Source: Phoronis australis (lineage: Eukaryota; Animalia; Phoronida). Taken from it: a stretch of 64,000 nt of DNA. Shown piece after piece: positions 38,501 to 50,763 of this stretch. The position numbers were made by a program, and so were the translations under genes. Position 1 is the first letter of the stretch. Every line of letters begins with the position of its first letter. The DNA is taken from positions 68,198 to 132,197 of the forward strand of contig NMRA01000598.1 in assembly GCA_002633005.1 (NCBI GenBank). Reading direction: 5' to 3'. The notes below the pieces were generated by a model that saw nothing but the letters and a program-made list of their open reading frames with translations, was not told the DNA's origin and did not search any database.

Positions 38501-41500
38501 CATAGCCAACTAGATGCTTTGTTTGGCCTAAGTGTGAAGATTTCTCATTTACTTGCCTCATTGTTTGACTTGGCAACGGAATAGGTTCTATTGTTAGAGT
38601 GTTGCTTTCCACGTTATCTAACACCCTTTGGGAAAGCTGAAACAAGAAAGAATTGTCTGACATAACACCTCATGCCACAGGTGAGTAAGCCAGTGTGACA
38701 GGCCTGTGACGACCAAACGCTACTTAAGACTTGATACAGAGTAAAATTTGAAAATTTTCTTGACCTTTGTAATTTCTCGTCACACGGTAATTAATGACAT
38801 GGAGCACTCATCATTTCTTCGTTCGTCCACCCCGACAGCAGCAGACGCCATATACCTGGACTGATGCCGTTGAAGTTTACTTGACACGAGTGATGCGAGT
38901 GGTTAAATTTTCAATTCCAGTTTTCATTAAAGTTTTAATGGCCGCGTGTTCTGGTAAATATTTCTTAGTTACTACTGGCTATTTTTTCTAAAAAAAGTTC
39001 CGACATTATAGAAATAATCAAAAAATAAATAACAAATTAACTTTAAACTGCGAGATACAACACAAACTTATGAAGGGCATCATAGATTTACCTCTTTATT
39101 TGGGAAATTTAAACAGGGCATAATATCTTCTAGCAGCAGTCTGGCAATGAAGCTGTTATCATGGCACATATCACATGTTCCTCTCCACGTCTTGAACTCA
39201 ATCAGGGCCGTAACATCAATCTGAAACAACGCGGCTCACAAGATTCTGAGTCATGTAGAAATAAGGTTTACATTAAATAAGGTTTCACATTAACCAAACT
39301 GTTCCAGCAGAAGTTAGCAGCAATCACTCAGAAACTGTGGCCATTGAAAACAACAGTGACCATGATAATGCACCACGGTAGTTCATTTTTTTTAGAAGTC
39401 ATCTGGCTTCGTCAGAGTTATGGTGAAAACAAAGAATGAAACCATAAACACCAATAATCATCAGAAAAACAGACGCAAATGTTTATATCTCAGAAGGTGG
39501 TGTAAATGTACACCCATTTAAGTAAAGTTTTACACCCAGTGTAATTGCATTATTTGACAAAAATACACACCATATGTACACATAGACCTAGGTGCAAATA
39601 TACACCCCGTTGAACCAGCATTGTATAAACAGGATTTCAACTGCCACCGATTTTAAGTGTAAGTCTATTTCAAGTTTATACAATGCACTCATCACCTGGT
39701 ATCAACAAAGTTTGAAAAAAGTAGTCAATTACTGATCGAATGCAACTCCTTGCTACAATATCAAGTAAAACTAGTCAAGAGTGGCAGAGTTTGAAACTAT
39801 TTTTCCAACTCTTGACGAACATAAAATTATCATTTTGAGGGATAGAGCTCATCATAATTTTCCCACAATGCAACAGTTTACCTCTCTTCTGTCATCTGTG
39901 TTACCAGGAGCGGCCATGTTTGTTACCTCGGCTTTTGAAGTTTCACGGGAAATATCGTGATGACTAGTTGACCTTTTATGACCTGAAACCACAGCAGATG
40001 GGAACGTCACAGAATGAACCGTAGACGCTGAATGAGAGCAAATTTCACACATTCAAGTTTAGTATACCACACATCACTGCATTATAAATTTGTATAGTAA
40101 CCTTAATCAATTGCAAAACTGCAAGATACTTTTTCCATTGAATGTTTCTGAGTGGCACTATAAGCCACACATTTAAGTGAATAATTTGCCTTTAAGTCAA
40201 GTGTACCAAGTGTATTTTCCCGCCCATTTCCCCGAACATGAACAACAGGAATGTTTTACGCTGATAGCCGACATGCATTTAAACCAATCCACCTATAGGC
40301 AATCCTACAAAACCTGAACGTGTCCATCTGCATTTCAAGGAAACCAATAGCTGTCCACCAAGTTCAAAGTTCAACTTTCTTCATCGTCTGCACTCACCTT
40401 TTGTGAACTTCAATTTGGGTGACTTATTTCCTGTGTCATTCTTGTCCAACTGGGGGTGGAGGTGCTTGTTAGGGTTGCTCGGTGTCGACGTCAGCACCAA
40501 CTCTTTCAACGCCTTCACTTCAGCTTCTAACACACTGATCTGCGAAATTAAGAATGTACATGAAAACTCTTGACACTGAGAAAAAAGATCGTTTGTACGC
40601 CATCAAGTAATACATTCTTTTAGGACGTTAGGTAACAAAGTGGACACGAGACATAAACAGTGCTGAAGGCAACAGAGTACAGATCATGTATAAGTGGGTA
40701 TTTTTCAATATCTACAAACCCACATGCATCTGCTCGGCAGGCTATAGGCACGCACGTCACGTAGTGGCCAGGTTGCAACCCTTGCACAACTGCTGGTGCA
40801 TATATGTAGCTATTTAAAGGCACACGCAAAACTCCATGCTTTAATTATTTCGTTTATACTAGAGGTATGTTCCGAACCATCAAAATAAACTCCCACGTTT
40901 AAGAAAGTCCAAATGGTTAACTGGATGAAGCTCTAGGGCTGGTTGATGATGCTAGTTTGTTTTTGCAGTATGAGCAGATGAGAGCAATCCTCAACAAGAT
41001 GTCAGTCACTCGTAAATAAGTAATCAATCTCAAAGCATGGGTAAATAGTCATCAGTGAAACCTATCCTTCAATCAATATCTAAAACAACAAACCACATCT
41101 CAGTAATGTAATTTCATTCCAACATATCAAAAACATAAGGGCATCCAGCAATTTTCAAACAAAACACTACATACTTTGTCCTCATCGTCTTTATGTAGCT
41201 TTTCAGCTTGCGACTGGAGTTTTTCAGCATTCATCCTTTTAATATTAGCATCTTGAACCATTTTATTTGCTTCCTGAAAGCATATAAAACATTTAGTATA
41301 GCCTTAGTAACAACCTAGCCCCCTTAGTCAAGACCTAAGGAAATCTAATTGTTGTTTTTCTTGCCTCTCCTGCCTAACTGTAATAAAATCAGCAAATATT
41401 TTACAAGATCTAAAGAATCATTCAAGGCAAGAAAAGTAATTTTTGTAAAAAATAGCAGTAAAGCGGAACTGAGCTCTGCTTCTGAGCCAAATCCCAACAT

Positions 41501-44500
41501 TAAATAGCATGGTATTTTAAGCGTATTTAATGGTAAAAACAGGTTTTGATTTCAGAGAATGCCTGACCGATAACAGTGAGAATTGACGATATCTAATAAA
41601 ATCATAAAAACGCAATTCGGTTTAACTCTTTGCAATTCAAAGCTTTACCCTTTGGTGGAAACAATACCGAGTGAAGCAAACGATAGCAGGTGAGCTTTTC
41701 ATTACGAAATTGATTGAGCTGCGTAGTCCGTTTGCAGTATTTAGAAATATCAAAAATTCTGTATTTTGGCCAATCACTCATGATCAGGTTACGTCACTTT
41801 TAATTTAAATGGGCTCAATGACCTCATCCATACATGTGATTTTTTTCTTTACAACGTGCTGATTGTCTCTACTGATAGGGGGCAGTTGAAAGGAACTAAT
41901 AATATGCATACGGCCTGGGGTCAAGGGGGATGCCCAAGGACAGGACTGTTAAAAAAGATGGTCTCAAGTGGATTTTGAGTGGAGTTATTGACCTAAAGTT
42001 ACTGTAATTTGAGACTGCGAATCTTAGAGAAGGCCATGTGAATAGAACAAAGAGAGCTTCTATTATAATCCAGGTGTGTTTTGTAACAACTGTGAAGCCA
42101 GCACATTCCAAATGAATTGAAAAGCCTGCTTGTAAAACTGTTGGTACTGAGTGCAGTCTACTTTGCACAGCGGAGAAAACTACCTCAAACAGACTGGCCG
42201 TTAACTCCTCCAATTCCTCTCCCATTTGGTCTCGTACGTGAGCTAGCTTTTCACACTCCTCGTCTTTAAGTTTCAGTTCCTACAAAATATCACCATGACA
42301 ACCATTCTGTGAACATGGAGAACTGGAGAACATTCTGTTGACTAAGTTTCTTCTGAAAAAGGCAAGATCTCGCAAGACTTTCCAAAATAATGCAAATGAA
42401 AAGCGAGTGTTTCACGAGTATGCTTGGGAGGTTACTAGCCTGTCCTAGCAAAATGGCTGCCACTGAAGTGATTGGTCGGTGAGGTTGGGACCTTGAATAA
42501 TGGAATATTTAATGATGAATATTCACTGTTTCCATTCCATAAGCAAAGATCTCTAGCCACAACTGCAAGCTAATGTCTTGCAGTCTACTGAATGCAGCCT
42601 TGGCCTTGCCGTAAATTCTTAAATCGAAATTATATCACATGGTATGAAGGACACGCAGAAGAAGCTACACTAGAATCCAACAACTTATCCTTCAGCTTTT
42701 AGCCATACAACACAATGATCCATGAAAAAATTACTGTTAGATTATTCGTATTCTGTCACGGAAAATACCAGCACTACGTTTATGATAATGAGCACAATGG
42801 AGCAGGTTTTTGCATGGTATCAAACCCATCAACTGAAAACAACATGGCATAGATCACGTTAATATACAACTTGTTTTGTGAAGCTGGTCCCCATTCCACA
42901 GACAAAAATACTCGTGAGATCTGGTGTGATCGCGTGATTTGCTTCCAGTGCAAAGTCTTGCAGCATTCTTCATTATCTCTTGCATCTACAGCAAGCAGCC
43001 CTGATAAAAGCATCATGAAATCTCACGTCAGAATAATCTTACCTGCCAATTCACTGACACCAAATAAAACAGTCAAATGTCGTACAATTAGGTATTAAAA
43101 CTGGTAAGTTTTCCTCAACATCCAACGAGCCCCAAGAATAAATGCTAGTGCGATGTAGCGTGCATGGGTTCAACTCAAAGTGTACTGAAGAATTTTGATT
43201 TTCGCTAGACACTGTATAAGGTGTGTGCCTGACACAATCACCAATTCTATAATCAAACTTAATACTGGCCTTACTGACTTTCAAATAAGTGTTAATCTAA
43301 TCATACTTGTTATCGTTTTCTTGTACTCAAAACTTACCTCTTGAGCCTTCTTTAGCTCTGTTTGTAGGCGAGCAGCTGCATGATCACGGACCTCGGCCAT
43401 GGAGGTACTCCGCCGACGGTATCCGTCTCTAGCCTCCTGACTCTTGGACCTGAGCTGTGATACGCTGTCTTTGCTGAAGAGTGGAGAGATGTGGTCATTA
43501 TTACCATTTCGCAAATACATGACCCACTTTAAGCACGAATAGTATTCACGAAATTTGATTATTTACATTCAGAGCCTTTACTAAGGGAAAGGAGCCTGTG
43601 CCTTTGGCATTTTGCAAACGTGATCAGAACCTTGAGGAAAATATTATCGCAGAAAAAATTTAGGTCCTAATGAGGGGAATTTCATGATTTTTAAATATTC
43701 TTCCCAAGGGAAGCATTGAGGGCCTGACTTCTCGTGGTCAGCAGAATAGGCATAATGAGATTCTCGTCTAAAAGTTTCCTTTGTTCAAATTTCGTTAGAA
43801 AGTCATCATGATTCTTCTAATCTGTACAGCCGATAACGTGTTCATAAAAGTCTCAATTCCAAGGAGTAGAAACTGGTCAGCGGAGTTTGGTTACAAAGTA
43901 AATTATTTCAGAAGACCACGCTTAACTTTTCGCCAAGACGAATCATCACCGATGAAAAACTAACAGGATTTTGCACACCAAATAAACAGCTTCTAGGAGC
44001 CCAGCACAGAAAAAAAACTTACAAGAAATCAATTCATTGTTCCAAGTTAGCACAAGTGAAGGAGCAAAATGTCTCCGATTTCGTTAAATAATGCTTGAAA
44101 GAGGAAGCACAAAAACGGTTGCAATCAGTTGTTTTAAGAACATCTAAAAGCTGTGAAAAGCTTTTAACTCAGTGGCTTTCTTCAAGTTTCAAAAGTTAAA
44201 TTCAAAATGAGCATGAGATAAAGATCGAAGTTCTTCTAAGTTCTACCTATGACACGTGAAGCATTAACACAACAAGGCTGTGACTAGTCTGTCACATCTT
44301 TCAATCAGAGTATGGCGAACACAAGTAAGTCCCAATTTAGGGGCATTATCAGTTTTATGGCCGAAAATGTAATTTTGGGATTATAGTTAGATGGGATAGA
44401 TTTCTTGAAGTTATCAGCTTAAAGCAGAACAGCAAAATCCACAGTATATGTCATCCAGTAGCGAGCAAAATGGAGAAAATAATGAATTCATACTTTGTCT

Positions 44501-46097
44501 AGACTTAATTGACTTACTTGCCAATTAATCTAAAGAAAATCCAGTACAGAATCATAGAATTTCTACAAAATCCATAGCGTTTTAGTCATTTTATTACAAA
44601 TGACCAATTTCGATGTCTGTCTCAAAACCAAAGACAGTGGTTTTACAAGTAAAAACATTCTACCATTTATCAACAGTGACTTAACTATTTAAGCACACAG
44701 TGAATATGCAGTCTGCCAGTTTAATTCTACACAGAGACTGATCTAAGAACAACACTTTTTGCAACAGTAACGTCAATTTAAGGTAAACCGTTTTAATCAC
44801 CACTAGCATTGACACAGGTAACGAACTATGCTAACCTTTTACTTATTTTGCCCAAAAATAATTGACAAAGTGGTAATTTTTCCGTTTTTCAAAGTCTCAT
44901 TGCAATGTTAGAGATGCTGAAAATTTAATCAAGTGTTGTTTTATAATAATTATACAGGAAAGGCTACGTTATTAATTAAATAGAATTATCTTAATGCTCA
45001 TTTTTGTAGAGAAATGTGACAAGATGGATTTCCGTGCGTCGGCCATATTGTGTGCTAGGTAAAGAATTACCAAACAAAGGTGAGCTGAACAGATGTCATT
45101 TAACTTCCAGATGAACACTACGCTAATACTGAATATACGACACGATACACCCACATACATGAAAGTTTCCTTGTATCATAATAGATATCGACCAAGCTCG
45201 TTCAGGTTAATACCCACCTCCGAAATTTTCAATTTTGACTTTTAAATGCACGTGCTTGGTTACTGCTCTGACCCCCAATTTATATGATTGAGATTTCCTT
45301 TGTATGCCAATGGCTTGGTGTATTACCGTCTAAAGAGAATTTTAGCTCTTAGAAAGCGCTAGTATCTATGAGAAAGCCCATCTCACAAGAATTTTAGCTC
45401 CCAAAACGCACACAACTCGCTTACCTTCGGGTTGAAAATATTCACTTGACACTTTTGGCTGATGTGCATTTTAATATTATTGCACATTTGTTTTGCAAAA
45501 ATGGTAAAGGTAATTCCCTATGCAATTTGACCGTTTGGGTAAATGCCTCTCAAAAATTTTGTTTTTAACTGCCTATGCTTGACTTCCCAATTTAAGAGCC
45601 TATGGGGTTAAGTCAGATGAGTATGGTGTTTTCGATATTAGCAAAATAATATTCCAAGGTCGGAACTTAAATTTGAATCTTATTAGCTGATTTTTGTGAT
45701 TTTTACTTAAAATTGATGTTAAAAACTAAAAACAATAATTAGTGTCAATAAATATTTCTGGACTTCTTGTTTCAAAGTCGACAATAAAAATACATTGCCA
45801 TTTAGCTTAAGTGCTAAATTCAAACCAAGGAACCTCAGTGACATTACTGTATAAAGATAAACAACAACATGTTTTGTTAAACAGGACATTCCATTTGCAC
45901 TATATAACCTTAATCTAGAAATACCGCCTTTAAACAATAACAACAACAAACCCATTCAGCATGTAATCTGGAGACGGACAGTTCCTTGGTGAGGACATTT
46001 CACCAGGATCTGATGTATCACTCTCGCTGCCAATAGGTGGGGCTCTAGCTAAACTGCTAGGCGGAATGCTTTCATCCGACCATGATGTACCGTCCAT
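35491..46097 (-). CDS. RAB3IP: Rab3A-interacting protein / Rabin8 (RAB3IP/RAB3IL1 family Sec2-type Rab8 GEF), about 389 aa: complement join(45952-46097,43338-43473,42184-42279,41175-41273,40398-40539,39882-39982,39092-39220,38557-38636,37424-37523,36213-36279,35491-35564)
   Basis: Phase-consistent exons (1170 nt). Sec2 coiled coil [38 protein letters not shown]; C-terminal Rab11-binding region [53 protein letters not shown]. The start codon is less certain. Confidence 0.93.
36213..36279 (-). CDS. RAB3IP: RAB3IP exon ([22 protein letters not shown])
   Basis: Acceptor gccatag|ATT, donor G|GTTTGT. Confidence 0.94.
37424..37523 (-). CDS. RAB3IP: RAB3IP exon ([33 protein letters not shown])
   Basis: Acceptor ttttatcag|G, donor AGG|GTAAGT. 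Confidence 0.92.
38023..38255. mobile_element. Degenerate MITE related to the CGGTAAA family
   Basis: TA|CGGTAAAATCTCACTAAATTAGGACA ... TGTCCAAAATCGGTGAGA. Similar termini occur near 20783-20815, 35596 and 59621. Confidence 0.55.
38557..38636 (-). CDS. RAB3IP: RAB3IP exon ([26 protein letters not shown]) with GC donor
   Basis: Acceptor cttgtttcag|CTT; donor AG|GCAAGT is needed to keep frame. Confidence 0.88.
39092..39220 (-). CDS. RAB3IP: RAB3IP exon ([13 protein letters not shown]...[13 protein letters not shown])
   Basis: Acceptor gtttcag|ATT, donor GAG|GTAAAT; 129 nt. Confidence 0.92.
39882..39982 (-). CDS. RAB3IP: RAB3IP exon ([10 protein letters not shown]...DDRRE)
   Basis: Acceptor gtttcag|GT, donor GAG|GTAAAC; HxRxxS motif resembling the NDR-kinase site of Rabin8. 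Confidence 0.9.
40398..40539 (-). CDS. RAB3IP: RAB3IP exon ([31 protein letters not shown]...)
   Basis: Acceptor tttcgcag|ATC, donor G|GTGAGT. Confidence 0.93.
41175..41273 (-). CDS. RAB3IP: RAB3IP exon ([33 protein letters not shown])
   Basis: Acceptor ctttcag|GAA, donor AAA|GTATGT. Confidence 0.93.
42184..42279 (-). CDS. RAB3IP: RAB3IP exon (Sec2 core ELKLKDEEC...LTASLFE)
   Basis: Acceptor ttttgtag|GAA, donor GAG|GTAGTT. Confidence 0.96.
43338..43473 (-). CDS. RAB3IP: RAB3IP exon (KDSVSQ...[27 protein letters not shown])
   Basis: Acceptor ctcttcag|C, donor GAG|GTAAGT. Confidence 0.9.
45952..46097 (-). CDS. RAB3IP: RAB3IP first confident coding exon ([10 protein letters not shown]...PDYMLNG); exon acceptor boundary at 46128
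   Basis: Acceptor ttttgtttcag; GCCATGG start context; donor GG|GTTTGT phase 2 matches the next exon. Confidence 0.75.
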
Positions 46098-47940
46098 GGC
46101 CCAGACTACCAAAGACAAGGAGTTTAATCTGAAACAAAATAAAAATCGCCAGTTAATGCAAAGTTAAACTTGACACTGCAAATCATGCGATGCTGATAAC
46201 ACGGTAAAATTACTCGAAAACGAAACTTCTTGTGCTTAATTCTGACAGGGTACAGTACAGTTAGACAAATACTTTGAATATCGACATCCAGTCTTTACAG
46301 GATTACTAGGGGACAGTAGCAGACGGCCGATAAACGACCCATGTCATTGGGCAGCCGGCATGCCTTCATCTGGAGGGAGCATAGGTCTTCCACATGGACA
46401 CAACCTGACATATATTTGGACACCTGAGCCACACGGTTCAGCATTGGAAGCCTGATTAAAGTAAGCAAGTAAGCATGAGTGTCTTGAGTTACTAGCAACA
46501 GTTCTCGGAACCCATAGACCTGTCAAGAATACACAGTTGGTTTTGAAATGAGGTAAGGTATGAAAAAAAATTTATTGCAGAAATCAAAGTCCTCACAATA
46601 AAATACTACACACCAATTAATTTGAATTGGGGTCATAAAAAGGCTGTCACATGTTATTGGTCATGACGGATGCCTTAAGGAACTGGGAAACCCCCTTTTG
46701 ATGCCCTGTGTTTGAAATCTTGAATGAACTCCTGGCGGCTAGACGCCTTTTAGTGTCCTTCAGATGTCCAGCACCACAGAATTGTAATTTAAATAAAAAT
46801 GCATTAAAGGATAATAAAAAGTCAAAAATTTCTAAAAACCAATTCACTCCTCAGTGAAGTCGCATTCCATTTAGTGCCGAGTACCCAACACAGAAAAACA
46901 TTACGCAATCTGAGTGGAGTCTCTCATTTTCATAGCAATGCTAACATAATTTGTCACACCTGAATGATAAAAGTGACAGAGAATGATAATTTGTAACACA
47001 CCTGAGAGGCATATCTACAGGTGTACAAAGAATAACACAACACTCTACCACTGTCAACACTAAAAACTTCTCAGCATCAGAAACCACACAACCTTACAAG
47101 TTCTGAAAGAAACCCAACTGAATAAATAGGACAGACACCACATTACATCTAAAACTAATCCAGTAAACTTATGGGAGTTCTCCCACCACATTAAACAGGA
47201 TATTAAGACATACACTCTGACATGTGTGGGTGTCCAGATCACTGCACTACCAAGCACCACTGACAAAAGATGACCTTTGTGCATGTAGATAAAGTTAAGT
47301 TCCATACAAACTTTAATGATTTTAATCAAATCCTGAACTGATAAGTTAGAGCAAAATGGCAGAGGGAGATCACATTCAAGGCAAGGCCATACCCTTTCAT
47401 ACATAACCATAATTCGATGATAAGATTATAACATATAATTATTAGGTAATACAACGATGTCAAGTCACTCAACTACAGGAAAGCACTACTACCATATAAC
47501 ACCACAGACACTAAGTAACAGAACAGTTGCGGCTACACTAAATAAAGATGCATTTTGTCAAAGAAACAAACTTCTGACACGAGTGAAACAACACTGAAAT
47601 AAGTGGAGGAGCTACAGCCCCCCCCCCCACCCTCCTATGGTGTGCTGCCCATGACTGATTTTGACGCTTGGTTTGGAAAGGATTGTTTGCTATGTTGAGT
47701 GCCTAAAATGACCTGCCATGACAAGCAGCCGCGCTGAGTGTGGTTTAGAGCCTCACAACACCGTTTGCCGTTTCCAAGGCCAGAAATCCATTTGATTTGA
47801 GGAAGGAACAACTTGAGACCAAATACATAACTGTAAATGGTGGGTTTAAATGGCAGCTTTCATGTCATGCCATCTATACGAGTCTGACAAGAAAGAAACT
47901 CAACTGTCGCAAGATACCTTCAAAGTAATTACTGTTGAAA

Positions 47941-48243
47941 TCACCTATTTAGCTGAGAGTGGAAACCACCTGTTTAAATGAATGACAACCACCTGTTTGG
48001 CTGACTGTGGAATCTACCTATAGGGTACTCTGACTGTGGAATCAACTTATTTGTCTGATTGTGGTAACTACTATATGTCTGACAGAGGAATCCACCTATT
48101 TGTCTGACTGTGGAATAAACCTATCTGTCTGATTGTGGAAAACACCTATTTGTCTGATTGTGGAATACACCTATTTGTCTGACTGAGGAATTTTGTCCGA
48201 CTGCGGAATACTCCAATTTGTCTGACTGGAATCCACCTACTTG
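47941..48243. repeat. Degenerate 25-bp minisatellite (cacctatttgtctgactgtggaata), about 12 units
   Basis: Clear 25-bp periodicity at 48092-48190, decaying on both sides. Confidence 0.88.
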
Positions 48244-49497
48244 GGGATACTGCCCACATACATCCATCATATTCAGTGTGAAGACTATAAGTTTGTGCAC
48301 CATTGATTTCTAACTAGTAATAAATCATAAATGACAGAAAGAGCATTAATGTCATTAATGTCACTGCAGTTCATGTAATTATTGCATTACAGAGTGCATC
48401 ATAATGTTTGGCAATAACCAAGCAGTTGGTTTCATGCGCGCACTTAGCCTTCAATATGGGGGGCTTGAATTCCTGACGTTGTGGACCTTTTAGTAACAAA
48501 AAAGCGAGCGGACCAAAAAAACGGCCATGAATTGTGCTTTTGTGCTCGTTTAGTGGACTTTTGTCTCATTTTCTCAGTCTTTTTGTTTCTTGAAGGTGGA
48601 CCTTTTTGCCCACTTCGCATGGATGCATGCATGGGTTTAGCATCTTGAAAGTTTTTTGAACACATTACTTAAAATCACATCTCAATGCACCATTCTGGAA
48701 TTAAGAAATTCATGCTTAAGCCCAGGGATAACTTGTGTCAACATTATCAGTGAGAAAAGTCTTTTTCTGAGATCAACCCCTGTGCTGAATCAACCCTGGA
48801 ACCTTCACGGTCAAATGCTCTGCTGCAGAAGTTAAATACCACTAGCAGGGTATTTTAAGATTATTCAACAAATAAAGTTACCTGGAAATAAAAAAAAACA
48901 CTTATGGCAGTCAAAGCTTGTTCAAGTTGCAACACTGATACGGTATGTGAAAGAGATCAAGAATTTTGTGCTTGCAATGAGTGAAATTCATATCCTTTTT
49001 AAGAAACTTGTTTCTCACCTTTTCTGCGAAATAAAGTATCCGTAATGATCTGAACCATTACGTACCTTATTAATTACGTTCCATTAGAAGTACTGCTCGC
49101 ACAGGGGACATTTTCACACCTTCTCCACATTTGTTTTCAAGCAGGAATTGGCGTCCAGTCTTTCACCCACCCACACGTCCCCTGAAGTAAGCTGTCTGGC
49201 AATTTTGGGATAATTCCAAAAGCCAATTTAGCACCAGTAAAAATGATTCATTGAGTAGCATTCCACTGTGCATGCAGTACAGCGTTTTCACTACAACTGA
49301 AAGTGCCAGCCAAAAAGCTAATGCTTTAGTCAGTCTGGCAGAGCAATAGAATACACATCACTGAGACTCATTATAATACCCTAAAAGGTACTACTATCGC
49401 CTAAGGCAAAGTTGCAAGTTGTCTGAAATGGTTAATCAATTTAAGTTCCATTTAAAATCAACTCTTGGCCCCGGCAACTGACATGGAACAAACTGAC

Positions 49498-49730
49498 CCG
49501 TGTCAAGCGGCCTTTTACACACACACAACTCACTAACTGTGGCAAGGCGGAAATTGCAGGCTGGAGAGACTGGATCGCACATGCGCAGGTTTACAAATGA
49601 CGAGAGTTTCAGAGACAAAGAACCCGTACGTTGGTCATTAGGCAAGCGCAGTAGAGATGATCCTTTCCGCCTTGCCCCAATTTCGTGTTTAGACATATAA
49701 CTGACACGGAGCAAGATGTTCGGACGCAAA
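49498..49730 (-). promoter_or_regulatory. Candidate RAB3IP promoter / non-coding first exon
   Basis: Locally CpG-richer, with GCGGAA (ETS-like) and ATGCGCA (NRF1-like) words and a minus-strand donor CGG|GTCAGT at 49497. Inference only. Confidence 0.35.
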
Positions 49731-50429
49731 TTGCTCTACCTCACAAACGGGTGGCAAAATTTGTCACCGTGTCAGCTGATCCATGTCAACTTTTGAAGTG
49801 TAAACAGCACTTTAGAGTTAGCTCCACAACCAAAATGTGTCAACAGGCTAGTTCACTTATTGAAATATAGTCAGTACATTCAAGGTTTTAAATAGAAGCA
49901 AAATGCAATGTTATATTCCATTGTCACATATTTCTCAAGCTCAATGTTGTTTGAAGCACATCTCCTGTTACCGAAGCAGGTTTCAATACAAGATATGAAT
50001 CGCAAATTAATCTAAGGGTTGAATTTTAAAAATATTAGGTGCATGCATTTCATGTCATTCAACGTCATGCAAAATTTATGAAGTGACATCATCCAGAAAT
50101 AGCTAACCTATTAAGCCCTGGATATCTACTCAGTCAAAAGAATTCAATTAAAAACAACAGCCTCGATGAATAATTGTATTATTCTGCTTAGAAATTCTTC
50201 CACCATATTAACCAGGCACACTACGCAAACAGAAACAAATTTCAGGTTCCACTGTACTTTTGCACTAAAGACATTAAACATCTTAAAATTTTCATTCGTA
50301 AACAACATTCAATTAGTACTATAGATGCAGTGCAATCTTTGAAAACTGTTACTTTGGTTCGTGTTTTGGTGTGGACCCCTTTGTTTTCATAACACAGTGA
50401 GTTGACATTCCTAAATAAATATGATAAAG

Positions 50430-50763
50430 CCATGGACCAGGCGAGTTTGTTATTCCCTTCAACCCATGGACCAGGCGAGTTTGTTATTCACTTCAACCCA
50501 TGAACCAGGCGAGTTTGTTATTCACTTCAACCATTGGACCAGGCGAGTTTGTTTTTCACTTCAACCCATGGACCAGGCGAGTTTGTTATTCACTTAGACC
50601 CATGGACCAGGCGAGTTTGTTATTCACGTCCCATGGACCAGGCGAGTTTATTAATCACTTCTACCCTGGACCAGGCGAGTTTGTTATTCACTTCCCATGG
50701 ACCAGGCGAGTTTGTTATTCACTTCAACCCTGGACCAGGCGAGTTTGTTATTCACTTCAACCC
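50430..50763. repeat. 31-34-bp minisatellite x10 (ccatggaccaggcgagtttgttattcacttcaac)
   Basis: Ten head-to-tail copies of ccaggcgagttt with no unique spacers. Confidence 0.95.

Noticed and set aside
47941-48243. Second CRISPR-like periodic array
   Set aside because: Degenerate 25-bp tandem repeat without spacers.
50430-50763. CRISPR-like array of about 30-bp repeats
   Set aside because: Units are head-to-tail with no unique spacers, there are no cas genes, and the context is eukaryotic.
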